A stretch of 64,000 nt of DNA. It comes from the human T2T-CHM13v2.0 reference genome, Homo sapiens. The DNA lies in the NCBI RefSeq assembly GCF_009914755.1, contig NC_060936.1. One strand, written 5' to 3'. The number at the start of each line of letters is the position of its first letter. The stretch's first letter is position 1. A program made the position numbers and the translations under genes. The notes beneath the pieces were generated by a model. The model saw nothing but the letters and a program-made list of their open reading frames with translations. It searched no databases and was not told the DNA's origin. This document shows, one piece after another, positions 30,565-45,110 of the stretch.

Positions 30565-32631
30565 TAGACAGTGGTAGGAGAACCAGACTTCTGCACCTGC
30601 AATACCCCTTCCACCCCATTCTGCAAGACATGAACCACATGGAAAATCCCCATCCAACTTACGGTTTCTGCACTGGAAAAGTGAAATTGAGGTGGTTAAT
30701 AAGCTTCCTCACCTTTTTGGTTTTTCTGGCAGGAGAACTGTCCTTGCCTTAACCCACAAGTAGCATTAGGACTGTTTCATGGGAGAGATATCCCTAAGGA
30801 TAGGCAGAGACAATTAGGGAGGCAGGGCTACCATCTTCAGCCCAGAAACTCTGCTCTGTAACTTGGCCAAAGGAGACACCAGATAAAAGTGGCTGTTAGG
30901 AGGTATGTTCCCCAGGACCCCTGGGCACGAACCCTAGCCAGCATTCCCACACTGCTGGGATAATCCCTTTGGGACCTTCCCCATTTGGGACAGGCAGTGC
31001 TTCAACCATTTATTATAGGCAAGCTGAACCTTAGCTTAAGGTCACCTAGAATTGAAAAGGAGGCAGTGACTTGAATAACTAATCCTTCAATGCAAAGACG
31101 TAGACATATACTCACAAGAAACAAAAGCAAATGGGAAACCATCACCTCGCCAAAAAGACAAAGCAAAAATCCAGTGACTGACCCTAACAAGACGGCAATT
31201 TGTGAGCTCCCCAACCAAGAATTCAAAACAGCAGTTTTAAGGAAACTCAGCGATCTCCAAGATAACACAGAAAAACAATTCAGAAATTTATCAGGGAAAT
31301 CTAACAAAGACACTGAAATGATTTTTTAAAACTGAAACAGAAATCTTGGAACTGAGAAATACATTTGCTGAGCTGAAAAACTCTAGAGGCTCTCAACAGC
31401 AAAATGAACCAAGCAGAGGAAAGAATCAGTGAGCTTGAAGACTGGCATTTGAAAATACATAGAGAAGAAAAAAGAAAAAGAAGAACAAGGAACAAAGACC
31501 ACCTACAAGATATAGAAAAAAACTTCAAAAGACCAAATCTAAGAATTATTAGTGTTTAAGAGGAAACTGAGGAACAGCAAAAGGTAGAAAGCTTGTTCAA
31601 AGAAATAATGATAAAAAGCTTCCCTAAACTTGAGAAAGATATAAATGTGCAGGTAGAGGAAAGTCTTAGAACACCGAACAGATTCAACCCAAATAAAACT
31701 ACCCCAAGGCATTTAATGGTCAAATTCCCAAAGGCTAAAGACAAAGTGAAGATCCTAAAAGCAGTGAGAGATAAGAAGCAAATAATATATTAAAAAGCTC
31801 CAGTTCATCTGGCCACAGACCTCTCAACAGAAACCACAGGGGCCAGGAGGGAATAGAAAAACATTTTCAAAGTGCTAAAAGAAAAATAAAAACCTGTCAC
31901 TCAATAATATTGTATTCTCAAAATTGTCATTCACATTTGAAGGAGTGATAAAATCTTTTAGAGAAAAACAAAAGCTGAGAGAATTCACCAACACCAGTTC
32001 TGTTGTGCAAGAAAGGCTAACGGTAGTTCTTCAATCTGAAAGAAAAAAAACACTAACGTGCAAAGGAAAACTATTCAAGGTATAACCTCCACTGGCAAAT
32101 TAAATACGCAGACAAACCCGGAATACTCTATGACTGTACTTGTGGTGTGCAGTCCACTTATAACTCTAGAATGAAGCCTAAAAGATAAATCTAACAAAAA
32201 CAACAATAGGTAGAGCAACCTGTTAAGAGACAGGCAATATTAAAATAAATTGAGGCAACTAAAAGTCAAAATGTGTGCTGGGGGTGGTGGAGTTAAAGTG
32301 TGGAATTTTCTGTGGGTTTTTTTTTTTTTTTTTTTGGCCTTTGTTTCTAGTCTTTTATTTGTGATCTAGGATAAGTTGTTATCTCTTTAAAATAACTTTT
32401 ATATCTATAAAATGTTTTTTGTAAGCCTCAAGGTAACCACAGCATAAAAACCTATAGTAGCTTCACTAAAAATAAAAAGCAACAATTTAAAATATACTAC
32501 TAGAGATAATCACTTAACCACAAAGCGAGAGAGGAGTCTCAAAACACAGAAAACAAGCAACAAAATGACAGTAGTAAGTCCTTACTTATCAATACTAACA
32601 CTGAATGTAAATTGTCTCAATTCTCTAATTA

Positions 32632-32945
<314 letters not shown>

Positions 32946-34279
32946 AAGGCATAGAGGAGCTGAATTGATAAATAAGTAATATCTAACTACATGCTGCCTT
33001 CAAGTTGCCCACTTCGCCTATAAAAATACACGTAGACCGAAAGTGATAGGGTTGAGAAAGCTATTCCATGCAACTGGAAACCAAAAACAAGCATGACTAA
33101 CTATACTTATATCAGATAAAATAGACTACAAATCAAAGACTATAAAAAAGATAAGGATGGTCACTATATAATGATAAAGGGGTCAATTCAGGAAGAGGAT
33201 ATAAAAATTATAAACATCTATGCACCTAACACCAGAGCTCCCAAAAATATAAAGTAAACATTAATAGGGAGAGAGAGACTGCAGTACCATTATAGTGCGG
33301 GCTTTAACACCTCATTCACAGTAATAGACAGATCATCCAGACAGAAAAATCAACAAGGAAACAGTGGGGTTAAATTACACACTATATCTAATAGGCCTAA
33401 CTGGCATTTACAGAAGATTTTACCCCACTGCTGCAGAATTCATAGTCTTTTCATCAGCACATGGAATATTTTTCAGAATAGACCATATCTTAGGTCTGCA
33501 TAAATTCAAAAAAATAGAAATCATGTCAAGTATCTTCTCTGACCGCAATGGAATAAAACTAGAGATCAATAACAAGAGCAACCTTGGAAAACATACAAAC
33601 ATGAAAATTAAACAACATGCTCCTGAACAACCAATGGGTCAATGAAGAAATTAAGAAAGAAACTTAAAAATGAATTGAAACAGAGGAAAATGGAAATACA
33701 ACATACCAGAATCTATGTGATACAACAAAAGCAGTACTAACAAGGAAGTTAATAGCAATAAATCCCTAGATCAGAAAAGTAGACTTTACATAAAGAACCT
33801 AATGATGTACCTCAAGGAATTAGACAAGCATGAACAAGCCAAATCCAAAATTAGTAAAAGGAAAGATATAATAAAAATCAGAGCAGAAATAAATGAAATT
33901 GAGACAAAAAAATTAATGAAATGAAAAGTTGGCTTTTTGAAAAGATAAAATCAACAAAACTTTAGCTAGACTAATTTAAAAAAGAGCAAGAGAAAGAAAG
34001 AGACTCAAATAAATAAAATCAGAAATGAAAAATGGGACATAGAAACTGAGACCTCAGAAATACAAAGAATCATTAGAGACTAGTATGAACAACTGTATGC
34101 CAACAAATTGGAAACCTAGAAGAAACAGACAAACTCCAGAACACACAGAGCCTACCAAGATTGAACCATGAAGAAATAGAAAACCTCAACAAACCAATAA
34201 TCCAAGCCATAATAAAATGTCTCTTATCAAAGAAAAGCCTAGGAGTTGATGACTTCACTGCTGAATTCTACCAACCATT

Positions 34280-34604
<325 letters not shown>

Positions 34605-36979
34605 TAAAGAACTAATACCAATACCAACCCTACTCAAATTATTCTAGAAAATTGAAGAGGACATTCTTCCAAATTCATTCCATGAGGCCAGCATTACTCT
34701 GATACCAACACCAGAGAAGAAAATACCACAAAAGAAGAAAACTACAGGTCATATTTCTGATGGACATAGATGCAAAAATCCTCAACAAAATACTAGCAAA
34801 CTGAATTCAGCAATACATTAAAAAGATCATTCACCATGATCAAGTGGGATTCATCCCAGGGATGCAAGGATGTTTCAACATATGCAAATCAATACCTGTG
34901 ATATATCACATTAATGGAATTAAGAATAAAAACCATATGATTATTTCAATAGATGCCAAAAAACATTTTTATAAAATTCAACATCCCCTTATGATAAAAA
35001 GGCTCCTCAAAAATGGGTATAGAAGGAACATACCTCAAAATAATAAAGCCCATCTATGACAAACCCATGGCTAACATCATAGTGAATAGGGAAAAATGGA
35101 AGGCCTTTCCTCTAAAGACTGGAACCACACAAGGATGTCCACTTTCAACACTGTTATTCAACGTAATATTGGAAAGTCCTGGCCAGAGTAATTTGGCAAA
35201 AGAAAGAAACAAAAGGCATCTAAACTGGAAAGGAAGAAGTCAAATGAGCCTTGTTTGCACATGACAAATCTTATACCTAGAGAAACCTAAAGACTCCACC
35301 ACAAAACTGTTAGAACTGATAAATTCAATAAAGGTGCAGGACACAAAATCAACATACAAAAATCAATAGTATTTATATATGCCACCAGTGAACAATTTGT
35401 GAAAAATCAAGACACCTAGGAATCAATCTAACCAAAGAAGTGAAAGATCTATACAAGGAAAACAATAAAATTCTGATGAAAGACATTGAACAGGACACAA
35501 TAAAATTGAAAGATACTCCATGCTCATGGATTGAAATAATTAATATTGTTAAAATTACAATACTACCCAAATTAATTTACAGATTCAATGCAATCCCTAT
35601 CAAAATACCAGTGACATTCTTCACAGAAAGAGAGAAAACAATCCTAAAATTTATATGGAACCATGAAATACTTCAAATAGCCAAAGCAATCCTGAACAAA
35701 AAGAATAAAGCTGGAGGCATCACGCTACCTAACTTCAAAATTTACCACAAAGCTATAGTAACCAAAGCAGCATGATTTTATGCCAGTATGCCAGCATATT
35801 GGCATAAAAACAGACACACATAGACCAATGGAACAGAATAGAGAACCCAGATATAAATCCACGCATTTACAACCAACTCATCTTTGACGAAGGCATCAAG
35901 AACATACAATAGGGAAAGGACAGTCTTTCCAATAAATGGTGCTGGGGAAACTGGATAACTATATGCAGAAGAATGAAACTAGACCCTTATCTCTCAACAT
36001 ATACAAAAATCAAATCAAAATGGATTATTGACTTGAATCTAAGACCTGAAACTGTGAAACTACTAGAAGAAAACACAGGGCAAATACTCAAGGGCATTGG
36101 TCTGGGCAAAGATTTCTTGTGTAAGACCTCAAAAGTATAGGCCATCAAAGCAAAAATAGACAATTGGGATTACATCCAGCTGAAGAGCTCCTGCACAGCA
36201 AAGGAAACAACTAACAAAGTGAATAGACAACCCACAAAATGAGAGAAAATATTTGTAAACATCACTAAATCATCAGAGAAATGCAAATAAAAAACACAAT
36301 GTGATCGTATCTGTCACCTCAGTTAAAATAGCTTGTATCAAAAGGACAGGCAGTAACAGAGGCCTACAAGGACGTGGAGAAAGGGGAACCCTCATCCACT
36401 ATTGCTGGGAGTATAAGTTAGTACCACCACTATGAAGAATAGTATGGAGGCTGCTCAACACACTAAAGATAGAACTACCATATGATCCAGCAATGCCACT
36501 CCTGGGTATATATGTGAAAGAAAGGAAATCAATATATCAAAGAGATAGCTGCACGCCCGTGTTTATTGCAGCACTATTCACAATAGCCAAAATATGAAAT
36601 GAATCTAAGTGCCCATCAATGGATGAATGGATAAAGAAAATGTGATATATATATACACAGTGGAGTATTATTAAGCTATAAAAAAAGAATGAAATCCTGC
36701 CCTTTGCAGCAACATGGATAGAAATGGAGGCCATTATGCTGTGTGAAATAAGCCAAGCACAGAGAGACAAATATCGTATGTTCTCACTCATATGTGGGAG
36801 CTAAAAAAAGTGAATCTCGTGAAGATAGACAGTAGATTGGTGGTTACCAGAGGCAGCGAAGGGGAGGGGAATAAAGGCAAAACAAAGAATATCAATGTAT
36901 TTATTGCTACTGAACTGCATTTAAAAATGGTAAATATGGTAAATTATACATGTATAGTGTACCTCAATAAAATTTTTAA

Positions 36980-37145
36980 AAATACAGGAACCCAGTTTAA
37001 TTTGAATTTCAGATAAACCATGAATTTTTTTTAGAATAAGTATATTCCATGCACTATTTGGCATATAATTATATTAAACATGTTTTTACTGTTTACTTGA
37101 AATTCAAATTTAACTGGGTGTTCTATATTTTATCTGACAACCCTA
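36980..37145 (+). mobile_element. MER53 right portion (palindromic MITE)
   Basis: CCCAGTTTAATTTGAATTTCAGATAAAC ... GTTTACTTGAAATTCAAATTTAACTGGG ... TCTGACAACCCTA. Confidence 0.9.
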
Positions 37146-37385
37146 TTAAGAGTTTTGAATTTCAATGATTCATATCACAGCCTTAGTTTAGGATTCTAAA
37201 ATATGAAACAAAAGCCACAATTTCAAAACTGAAAACTTGCAACGTAAACTATATAAGCTCAATTTGTTACAGCTGCAATTCACTCAGACCCACATGTCCC
37301 AAGATAAGACCACAGACAAACCATTTTAACAGTTAACTCCACAGGGACCCATGTGTCCCAGCAAGACCACTTACCTTTCCACAAG

Positions 37386-38155
<770 letters not shown>

Positions 38156-38404
38156 CAGAAACTTACCTAGTTTATAAATTGGATCAATCCCTGACAAAAC
38201 GTCACTGATCAACTTCCACTCTGAAAATACTCCATGACTAACCAGCATCCTAACCTCCCCACTTTGAGACACTATGGGACTCTATCAAGATGATGTTGAT
38301 CCTCGAGTTTAATAAGAGCCAATGTGGGTTCTGTGACATCATCATCTCTCTGCTTCTGATTGGTCAAGTATCCTCTCTCTCTCCCCACTTTTCTCCCTCT
38401 AATC

Positions 38405-38592
38405 CAGTGGTTCTCAAACATTAGCTGTACCTGAGGCCCTTGGGGAGCTTCTTAAACCTCAGGCTGCTGGGCCCACTCCCGGAGTTCCTGATTCAGTAAG
38501 TCTGGGAGGGGGCCTGGGAATTTGCATTTCTAACAAGTTCCCTGATGCTTTTGCTGATGCTGGTCCAGGGACCATGCTTTAAGAACTTCTGC
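38405..38592. mobile_element. MER5-like
   Basis: CAGTGGTTCTCAAAC ... TTTGCATTTCTAACAAGTTCCC. Confidence 0.85.
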
Positions 38593-39079
38593 CTTAGAGA
38601 TCCTCTTGAATTGTCTGGGGTCGGGGTTAGGGACGGTGGCTGAGCATTGGCATTTTATAAAGTTCCCCACGTGATTCTGACATGGAGACAGCATTGAAAA
38701 CACTGTTCTAATGCAGTTTCCACACTGTAGTCAGTGTGCTTTTTGGAAAGCACAGATCCGATAAAGGAACTCATCAGCTTAAAACAGTGAATGGCATCTC
38801 ACTGCCCTCAGTAATAGACACAGCCCCTTAACAAGGCTTATGGGGCCCTGTATGATGGGTTTCCATTTACTTCACTTTCACCTCCAGCCCCTTCTTGAGC
38901 TACCTCACCACCTCATGCCCCACAGTCCAGGATTACTGGGGAAACCACAGTTCCCTGAAGATGATCTTGATCCTTTTCTCCATAAGGCTTTGCCCATTCT
39001 GCATCTTTACTGGGGAAGCTGTCACCACCGACACACCTCTCTACCTGGCTAACCCTTTCTTGCTCTTTAGAGCCTTACT

Positions 39080-39512
39080 ACTAACAGTGTGATCCATGGA
39101 CCAGCTGCAACAGCCTCTTCGGGAGCTTGTTAGAAAGGCAGAATCGGCCAGGTGCGGTGGCTCACACCTGTAATCCCAGCACCTTGGGAGGCCAAGGTGG
39201 GAGGATCGCTTCAGCCCAGGAGCTTGAGACCAGCCTGGCAACACAGCAAAACCTTGTCTCTATAAAAAATACAAAAACTTAGCCGGGCATGGTGATCCGC
39301 ATCTGTAGTCCCAACTACTCGGGAGGCTAAGGTGGGAGGAGGTCAAGGCTGCAGTGAGTGGTGATCGCAGGCTGGGAGACAGAGCAAGACTCTGTCTCAA
39401 AAAAAAAAAAAAAAGCAGAACTTTAGGCCTCACTCCAGACCTCCTGAATCAGAACCTACATTTTAACAAGATCCTAGAATGATTCACATTTACAGTAAAA
39501 TTTGAGAAACTG
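39080..39512. mobile_element. MER5A-like interrupted by an AluJ (39146-39414, + strand, two internal deletions)
   Basis: GGAGCTTGTTAGAAAGGCAGAAT [Alu] GCAGAACTTTAGGCCTCACTCCAGACC. Confidence 0.85.
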
Positions 39513-42500
39513 TTTTCGGGCTTCTGTAGATGTACTTTCTCTGGACTTACGCGTCTGAGCCCCACAAACTCAGCTGAGTGCCTCTCCTATGTGCTGCCAC
39601 CGCAACCTTCCCTAGCACTTAACACATTGCACCTGACCAGAGCCAAGTGGCCTGCAAGCTCCGCAGGGACAGGAACTGTATCTTTACGCATGCTTGCATT
39701 CTCCACTCCAGCACAGTACCTGACACATAGCAGATGCTCAAAAATAGTTATCAATTAAATACATGTTTTTAGAAACAAGTAGAGAAAGTATTAGCTTTCC
39801 GGTTAGAAAATTTTGGACTTAAGTTCTTGATTTACCACTTACTAGCTGTAGGACCTTGAACAAGTCACCCTCCTCCCAGAAGTTGTTACTCATTGTTAAA
39901 TTGAGAATATTATCAAGTACCCTACAGAGGTGTTGTCAGGATTAGTGACATAATAGATGTAAACCCAGAATGCTATGTCTGCCAGGTCAGAATTGCACGA
40001 TAAAGAAGAGTGCCCTCCGCCTTAGTTCTCCCAAGCGGCAAGTCTTTACTGAGTTTAGTAGAATACTACTTGTTGAAATAGAAAGGGTGGCCACACTTGA
40101 ACTTAATGCCATTTTTCTTTCTATTTTCCCCCAACTGCATAAAAGCAAAACCAAATAAACAAACCTGAGAATTGAACTGGAATCAATGCTTTTCTCGGCA
40201 TTGTGTCAGAAGAACAAAACTTAAACTGGGGCCAGCAGACCCTTAAGCTCCTTAAGCCAGGCTCTGGGACCCTTGGGATTAAATTTTTAAAATCCTCTCT
40301 CCAGTTCTAAACAAAAGTAAACAAGGGAACCTTTTATAATGTGGTTCAAGGTGAGGCAGTAAACAAATGACCTTTAAGCAGAATAATCAGCTTAATATGT
40401 ACTAGCTGGAGGTTAACATTTGCATTGAGAAAGGTCTTATGGTCTTATTGATAATTCACTCGGAGGTCACTCTAACATCCTCTACCCTCATTCTCCAACC
40501 ACATGATTCTCTAAACCCCTCAATCTCCCGCTCCCACACATAGTCTACCAGTTGACCAAATAATGAGAGAAGAATGGAATTGTCAAACCAGAATCAAAGG
40601 GGTAAAAGACAGAAGGACTTTGAAAGAGGAGAAAGAGAAGGCAAGCGGTGGGAAACTGTCCATCCACTGCAGACTCAAGTGTATGTTGGCTCAAAAAGTT
40701 GAGGACTAAGGCCAGCCTAGGTCTCAGCCACCCTGCAGGCTTTGTGTGGGTCTGAAAACTTGACCTGATTATATGCTCCTAAGTGTTCTAGACTGGCTAA
40801 ACCAAGACTGTTGAATTATAAATCATGCCACCCCTGCACCCGCTTCCGTGATCACAAAGAAAACATAATGCTAGCGTTATTAGATAAGCCGCAAAGGTCA
40901 TCAAGGTGTTTCTTTGAACTACCACACCCAAACGAAATACTTGCTCTGATCTTTGCATAAACAACATTTGGATGAACAAACATTTCATACTTTCGTTATG
41001 TTTATCTTTGTAAGGGACAAAATCTGTCACCTGCTGCATACTTCTGAAAAAATTATAGGAACAAGTTGACATACTTTCTCAATTATACAGAATTCTCTGC
41101 AAAAATGAAATTATTAAAATTAATTGTGAGAAACACAGGAAACTGCTTATGGAGGGATCACAGTAAGAGACTGACAGAAGGGAGTAATGAGGCTTCTCCT
41201 CCATTTCCTTCTTGGAAACTTTTTCTGCACAGAGAAAATGTGGTTGAAAACCTATTGTGCCTTGGATTGAGTTAAAGGTCACACCCAAGGATTTATACAG
41301 ATTTAGTTCTCATCTGGTCCCTTGAAGGGGGGAAAAGTTAAAATATCCAATACAAATCCATTGAGTGATGCACTGATAACACCAATTATGTCCCACTCCC
41401 CTCTTGGTACATTGGACTTCTATTTCTCTGGCTGGGTATTTCCATTGTCCTATAATACAATGACAGGCTCTTACAAGGCCAGTTTTCCCCCATTAGAGAA
41501 CCAAAAGGAGGGGCTGAGCCCATTTCTTGGGCTTTAATGCCTGGCTACGTGGGTCCGAATCTCTAGCTAAGCCCTTCCTGTAGGACTGTTGAAAGACTCG
41601 AGCAGGCAGCCCTGCCTTTGCTGCCTCCCTTCATTCGTTCTCACCTCCATCCATTCATCGGCCAGTTTTAGCTCATGACCCCTACTCCAATCATAATTGT
41701 CTCCTCTTAAGTCAATCTTATCAAATGCTGTGCGGAATGGATTCTGTGGGCCACATTCAGGAACACAGAGTTCTTCCCAGCTCAGCTCTGCTCCTCTCAG
41801 GGTAGAGGTCTGTGGAGCCTCTGGCTGCCTGTCCTGTTCTGAGGGTCACACCTGGTCACCAAAACATATTCTCCTCAAGGCTGTTGACCTTCCTTTCTTG
41901 ATTCAGGCCTTGCAATCCCTACCTTGGGAAGGAGGCAGGCACCCTATTTCTCTGGCCCTCCTCCCTCCCTGCCCCCGCCCCCCACCAACTAGGCTGGGCT
42001 GCCTGACAAGCACCATGTGACCTCGCCTGTTTCTTCTGATGCCCAGTTTCCACTGGACCTCTGTGTCCTCATTACAAATGAATTTTATCAACTAGCTGAG
42101 GCTTCTTCTCACCTAGTTTGTTAAAATCCAACACTAGTAAGGCTAGGACCATTCCTTCAGTGCAAACAGTGTGCTGAAGATGAGTGTAAGTTAACATTGA
42201 TTTTACCCTCAGCGGCTCCTGGGAAGCCATACTTCAGGACTGGTAAATCAGCACGAGGAGGATCACAACCCAAAGTGCTCACAGAGGGAGCAGTGCTGCC
42301 AATCTTTATCTAAACCAGGAACAGAGAATAGATGTTGAAAAGAATGCTCACTGGTGAAGGACTGTTCCTAGATTTTTTCTAAGTATTCTTATAGCTATTT
42401 AGAAATTGACTTTCAAGAATATTTGCCTGTCTCATAAAATTAAATAACAATTCTATATTAAGGTAAAATGGGCTAAATCTTTTTAGGTGGTGTTTTCTTG

Positions 42501-42817
42501 GTCTTTTTGTATGATTGGCTTCATACAGTGAGTACTGCAAAGTTATGTCCATGAACGAGGCTATCCTCACAGGGAAAGAGTTGCTGCCCTAAATAATTTC
42601 TTGGGAGGAGTGAAAGAGAAATTTTAGAAGCTTTAGGAGACACTGATTTATTCCAAAGAATTCTAGATTTTGATAAACTTTACAAATTGCCAAGCCGAGG
42701 CTCTCATTCATCTTTTCTCATGTAAATAATAGAAAGATACAAATATATCTGTCATTTATTTTACTACTACAGATAGTTATTATTTACTATTTGTTCTCTG
42801 TCCAAAATTTCAGATTA

Positions 42818-43470
42818 CAGTTAATTCTCATTATACCTGGTAGTTCTGTTCTGTAGAGTCTCTGTGAACACTGAATTAGCAAATGCAAAACTGTTGCTCC
42901 CAGGGGAAGTACAGGGTTAGGCTCTTTCAAGCCTCTAGTCACATTTTTTTTTCTAACATTATCTTTTGGAGGCTCAGCCTGACATTGTGGGGAGAGGGAG
43001 ACCCTGGGCTGGATAGCACTCCCCATTGGGGTTATAACGGTCATCCATTTCTGTCTCTTCTCTTTCCCCCAACCTCCCCCCTGCTGGTCCCCTCTCTAGT
43101 CACATTTTTATCAAATGATCAATATGTAGCCTCGTTTTATATGTGTTTCTGTTTAAAGACACTGTGCTCAGTATTTACTGTTGATGCATTAACATCCAGT
43201 TCACAGCCAACAACAAGGTTTATCTAACACGTGTATTTTCTCCACAAAGCACCTCACAGCCTTCCTGAGCTTAGGAACGCTGGACAGTGCCTCAGCATTG
43301 CACTTGGAGTCCACTTTAAATGAATATGTGCATTGTGTGACTCAAGCTTTTTGCCACTCTGCACATGTCTGCCTCAACAGCATGAGGCACATTTATTTGG
43401 GGGTTGCAAACAAACTGTACGTAGTAGGTGGATTAGCAAATATGCAATCTGTGAATAATGAGGATCAGTG
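42818..43470 (+). mobile_element. MER82-like TcMar-Tigger element containing a 145-bp foreign insert
   Basis: TA|CAGTTAATTCTCATTAT ... GAACACTGAATTAGC ... AATAATGAGGATCAGTG; MER82 sequence resumes at 43094. Confidence 0.87.
42949..43093 (-). other. Orphan retrotransposed insert (non-Alu, non-L1) with short poly(A) and 16-bp TSD
   Basis: TSD CTCTAGTCACATTTTT at 42933-42948 and 43094-43109; T9 run at the left end; reconstructed TTTTT/A target. Confidence 0.8.
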
Positions 43471-43519
43471 AGGAATAATGAGAACCGTGCATATTCCTGG
43501 TTCCATGGCTACTCCTGTC

Positions 43520-45110
43520 CCAACTACCCTCCTTCTTGCCTTCTCTTCTAGAATCCTCCTGGGCCTGTCTTCCTGAAGTGAAATCCATAATAGGAGCCTT
43601 TTATTACCACTGTTCAAGTCACCTTATATATCCCTCTCTGCAGGGAATATCTGTGAACTGGCAGGAGTGGGATGCAATAAATTCAGTCATAGTTAAGAGA
43701 TCATAGCTGATAGGACACTGTTCCAAGGATATTTACAATTTTGTAAGGACCTTTTCTTTAATCATACTGAGGAATGAAGCTTTATCAGAAGGATTGCGGA
43801 GTCATAGGGTGGATACTAGGGAAAGTGGGAGTAAAGAAGGCTCACTTCTTTTTTGTATAAATTAAGTTTGTATAAATTTTGTATCAATTGTACAAGTGCA
43901 ACTTTGTTACAGGCATAGATTGTGTAATGGTCAAGTTGGGGCTTTTAGGGTATCCATTAACGGAATAACATACATTGTACCCATTAAGTAATTTCTCATC
44001 GTCCACTCCCCTCCCACTCCTTCACCCTCCTGAGTCTCCATGGTCTATCTTTCCACATTCTACCACATTTTAAATCCAATCATCCACTGATGGACACTTA
44101 GGTTTATTCTATATTTTTGCTGTTGTGAATAGTGCTGCAATAAACATATGAGTCCAGGTATCTTTTTGTTCTCGTTGAAACAGAGTCTTGTTCCATTTCC
44201 CAGGCTGGAGTGCAGTGGCATAATCATGGCTTACTGCAGCCTTGACCTCTTGGGCTTAAGCAATCTTCCCACCTCAGTCTCCCAAGTAACTGAGACTATA
44301 GGTGTGCACCACCACACTCAGCTAATGTTTTATTTTTTGTAGAATAGGATCTGACTATGTTCCTCAGACTGGTCTTAAACTGCTGTGCTCAAGCAGTCCT
44401 CCCACCTCAGATTCCCAAAGTGCTGGGATTACAGATAAGAGCCACTATGCCTAGCCAGGTATCTTTTTGATATATTTACTTTCCTTTGGGGAGATGCCCA
44501 GTAGTGGGATTGCTGGATTGTATGGTGGTTCTCTTTTCAGAAGAAGGTTCATTTCTGATATCACATCACTAAGGGACCACCTACTATGGGCATCGTAGCT
44601 TTCTTCCTAGGCCCATGGTTGTAAAAATGTCCCATGAAGTCTATGGTTCTGGAGTTCTGTTTGATGCCAACAATCTCAGAGCATTAGAGCCCATGGCCTG
44701 CTCCTCCTGGGGTCTCACTGAGCATTTCAAGTTGCTATCCCAATGGCCAAAGGGAGACATCTGTAGATTGGCCCCCAGTTTTTAAGCAGGTAAAATTCTG
44801 GAGTCGAGCATCCATCATATCATACAAGGTCCCTGGCCATGATAGTACCTTCTCCAGGAATTGGCTAGGTGGGAAGACATGTTCCGTGTCAGCCCTCCAA
44901 ATGTGGTCAAGAGTCTTCCTTGTGGCTTGGGTACACTCCCTGTTGTTCAAAGGTTTATCATTATGAAAAGACCATTCTAACCAGAGCCTACTGAGATAAA
45001 AGCTGCTGCCCCATCCTGTGCCGGGGCATGTGAGTGCTATTTCAGTGGCTGTGTCCACAGCTCTGAAAATCTATACCTTGGATGAAAGCCCAACTAGAGA
45101 ATGGAACATT
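43520..45110 (-). mobile_element. Decayed Ty3/Gypsy-like LTR retrotransposon internal region (integrase), split by L1+Alu
   Basis: Minus-strand translation: GL..IFRAVDTATEIA, DHIWR, SQF, KTGGQS (44782-44765), GPYKIVNILGTVSYQL (43751-43704), LHPT; purine tract 43549-43527 followed by TG. Confidence 0.7.
43850..44540 (-). mobile_element. L1MA-like 3' end with a nested antisense AluJ (~44163-44457)
   Basis: L1 3'UTR on the - strand; TSD AAGAAGGCTCACTTCT / AAGAAGGTTCATTTCT. Confidence 0.88.

Noticed and set aside
44600-44850. Alternative reading WPG...C / IDFMGHF as an integrase zinc finger plus first Asp
   Set aside because: Spacing is too long and conflicts with the better-ordered core alignment
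44735-45058. 107-aa minus-strand ORF as a domesticated Gypsy gene
   Set aside because: GTG start, flanking in-frame stops, degenerate catalytic motifs and an L1 interruption indicate a fossil
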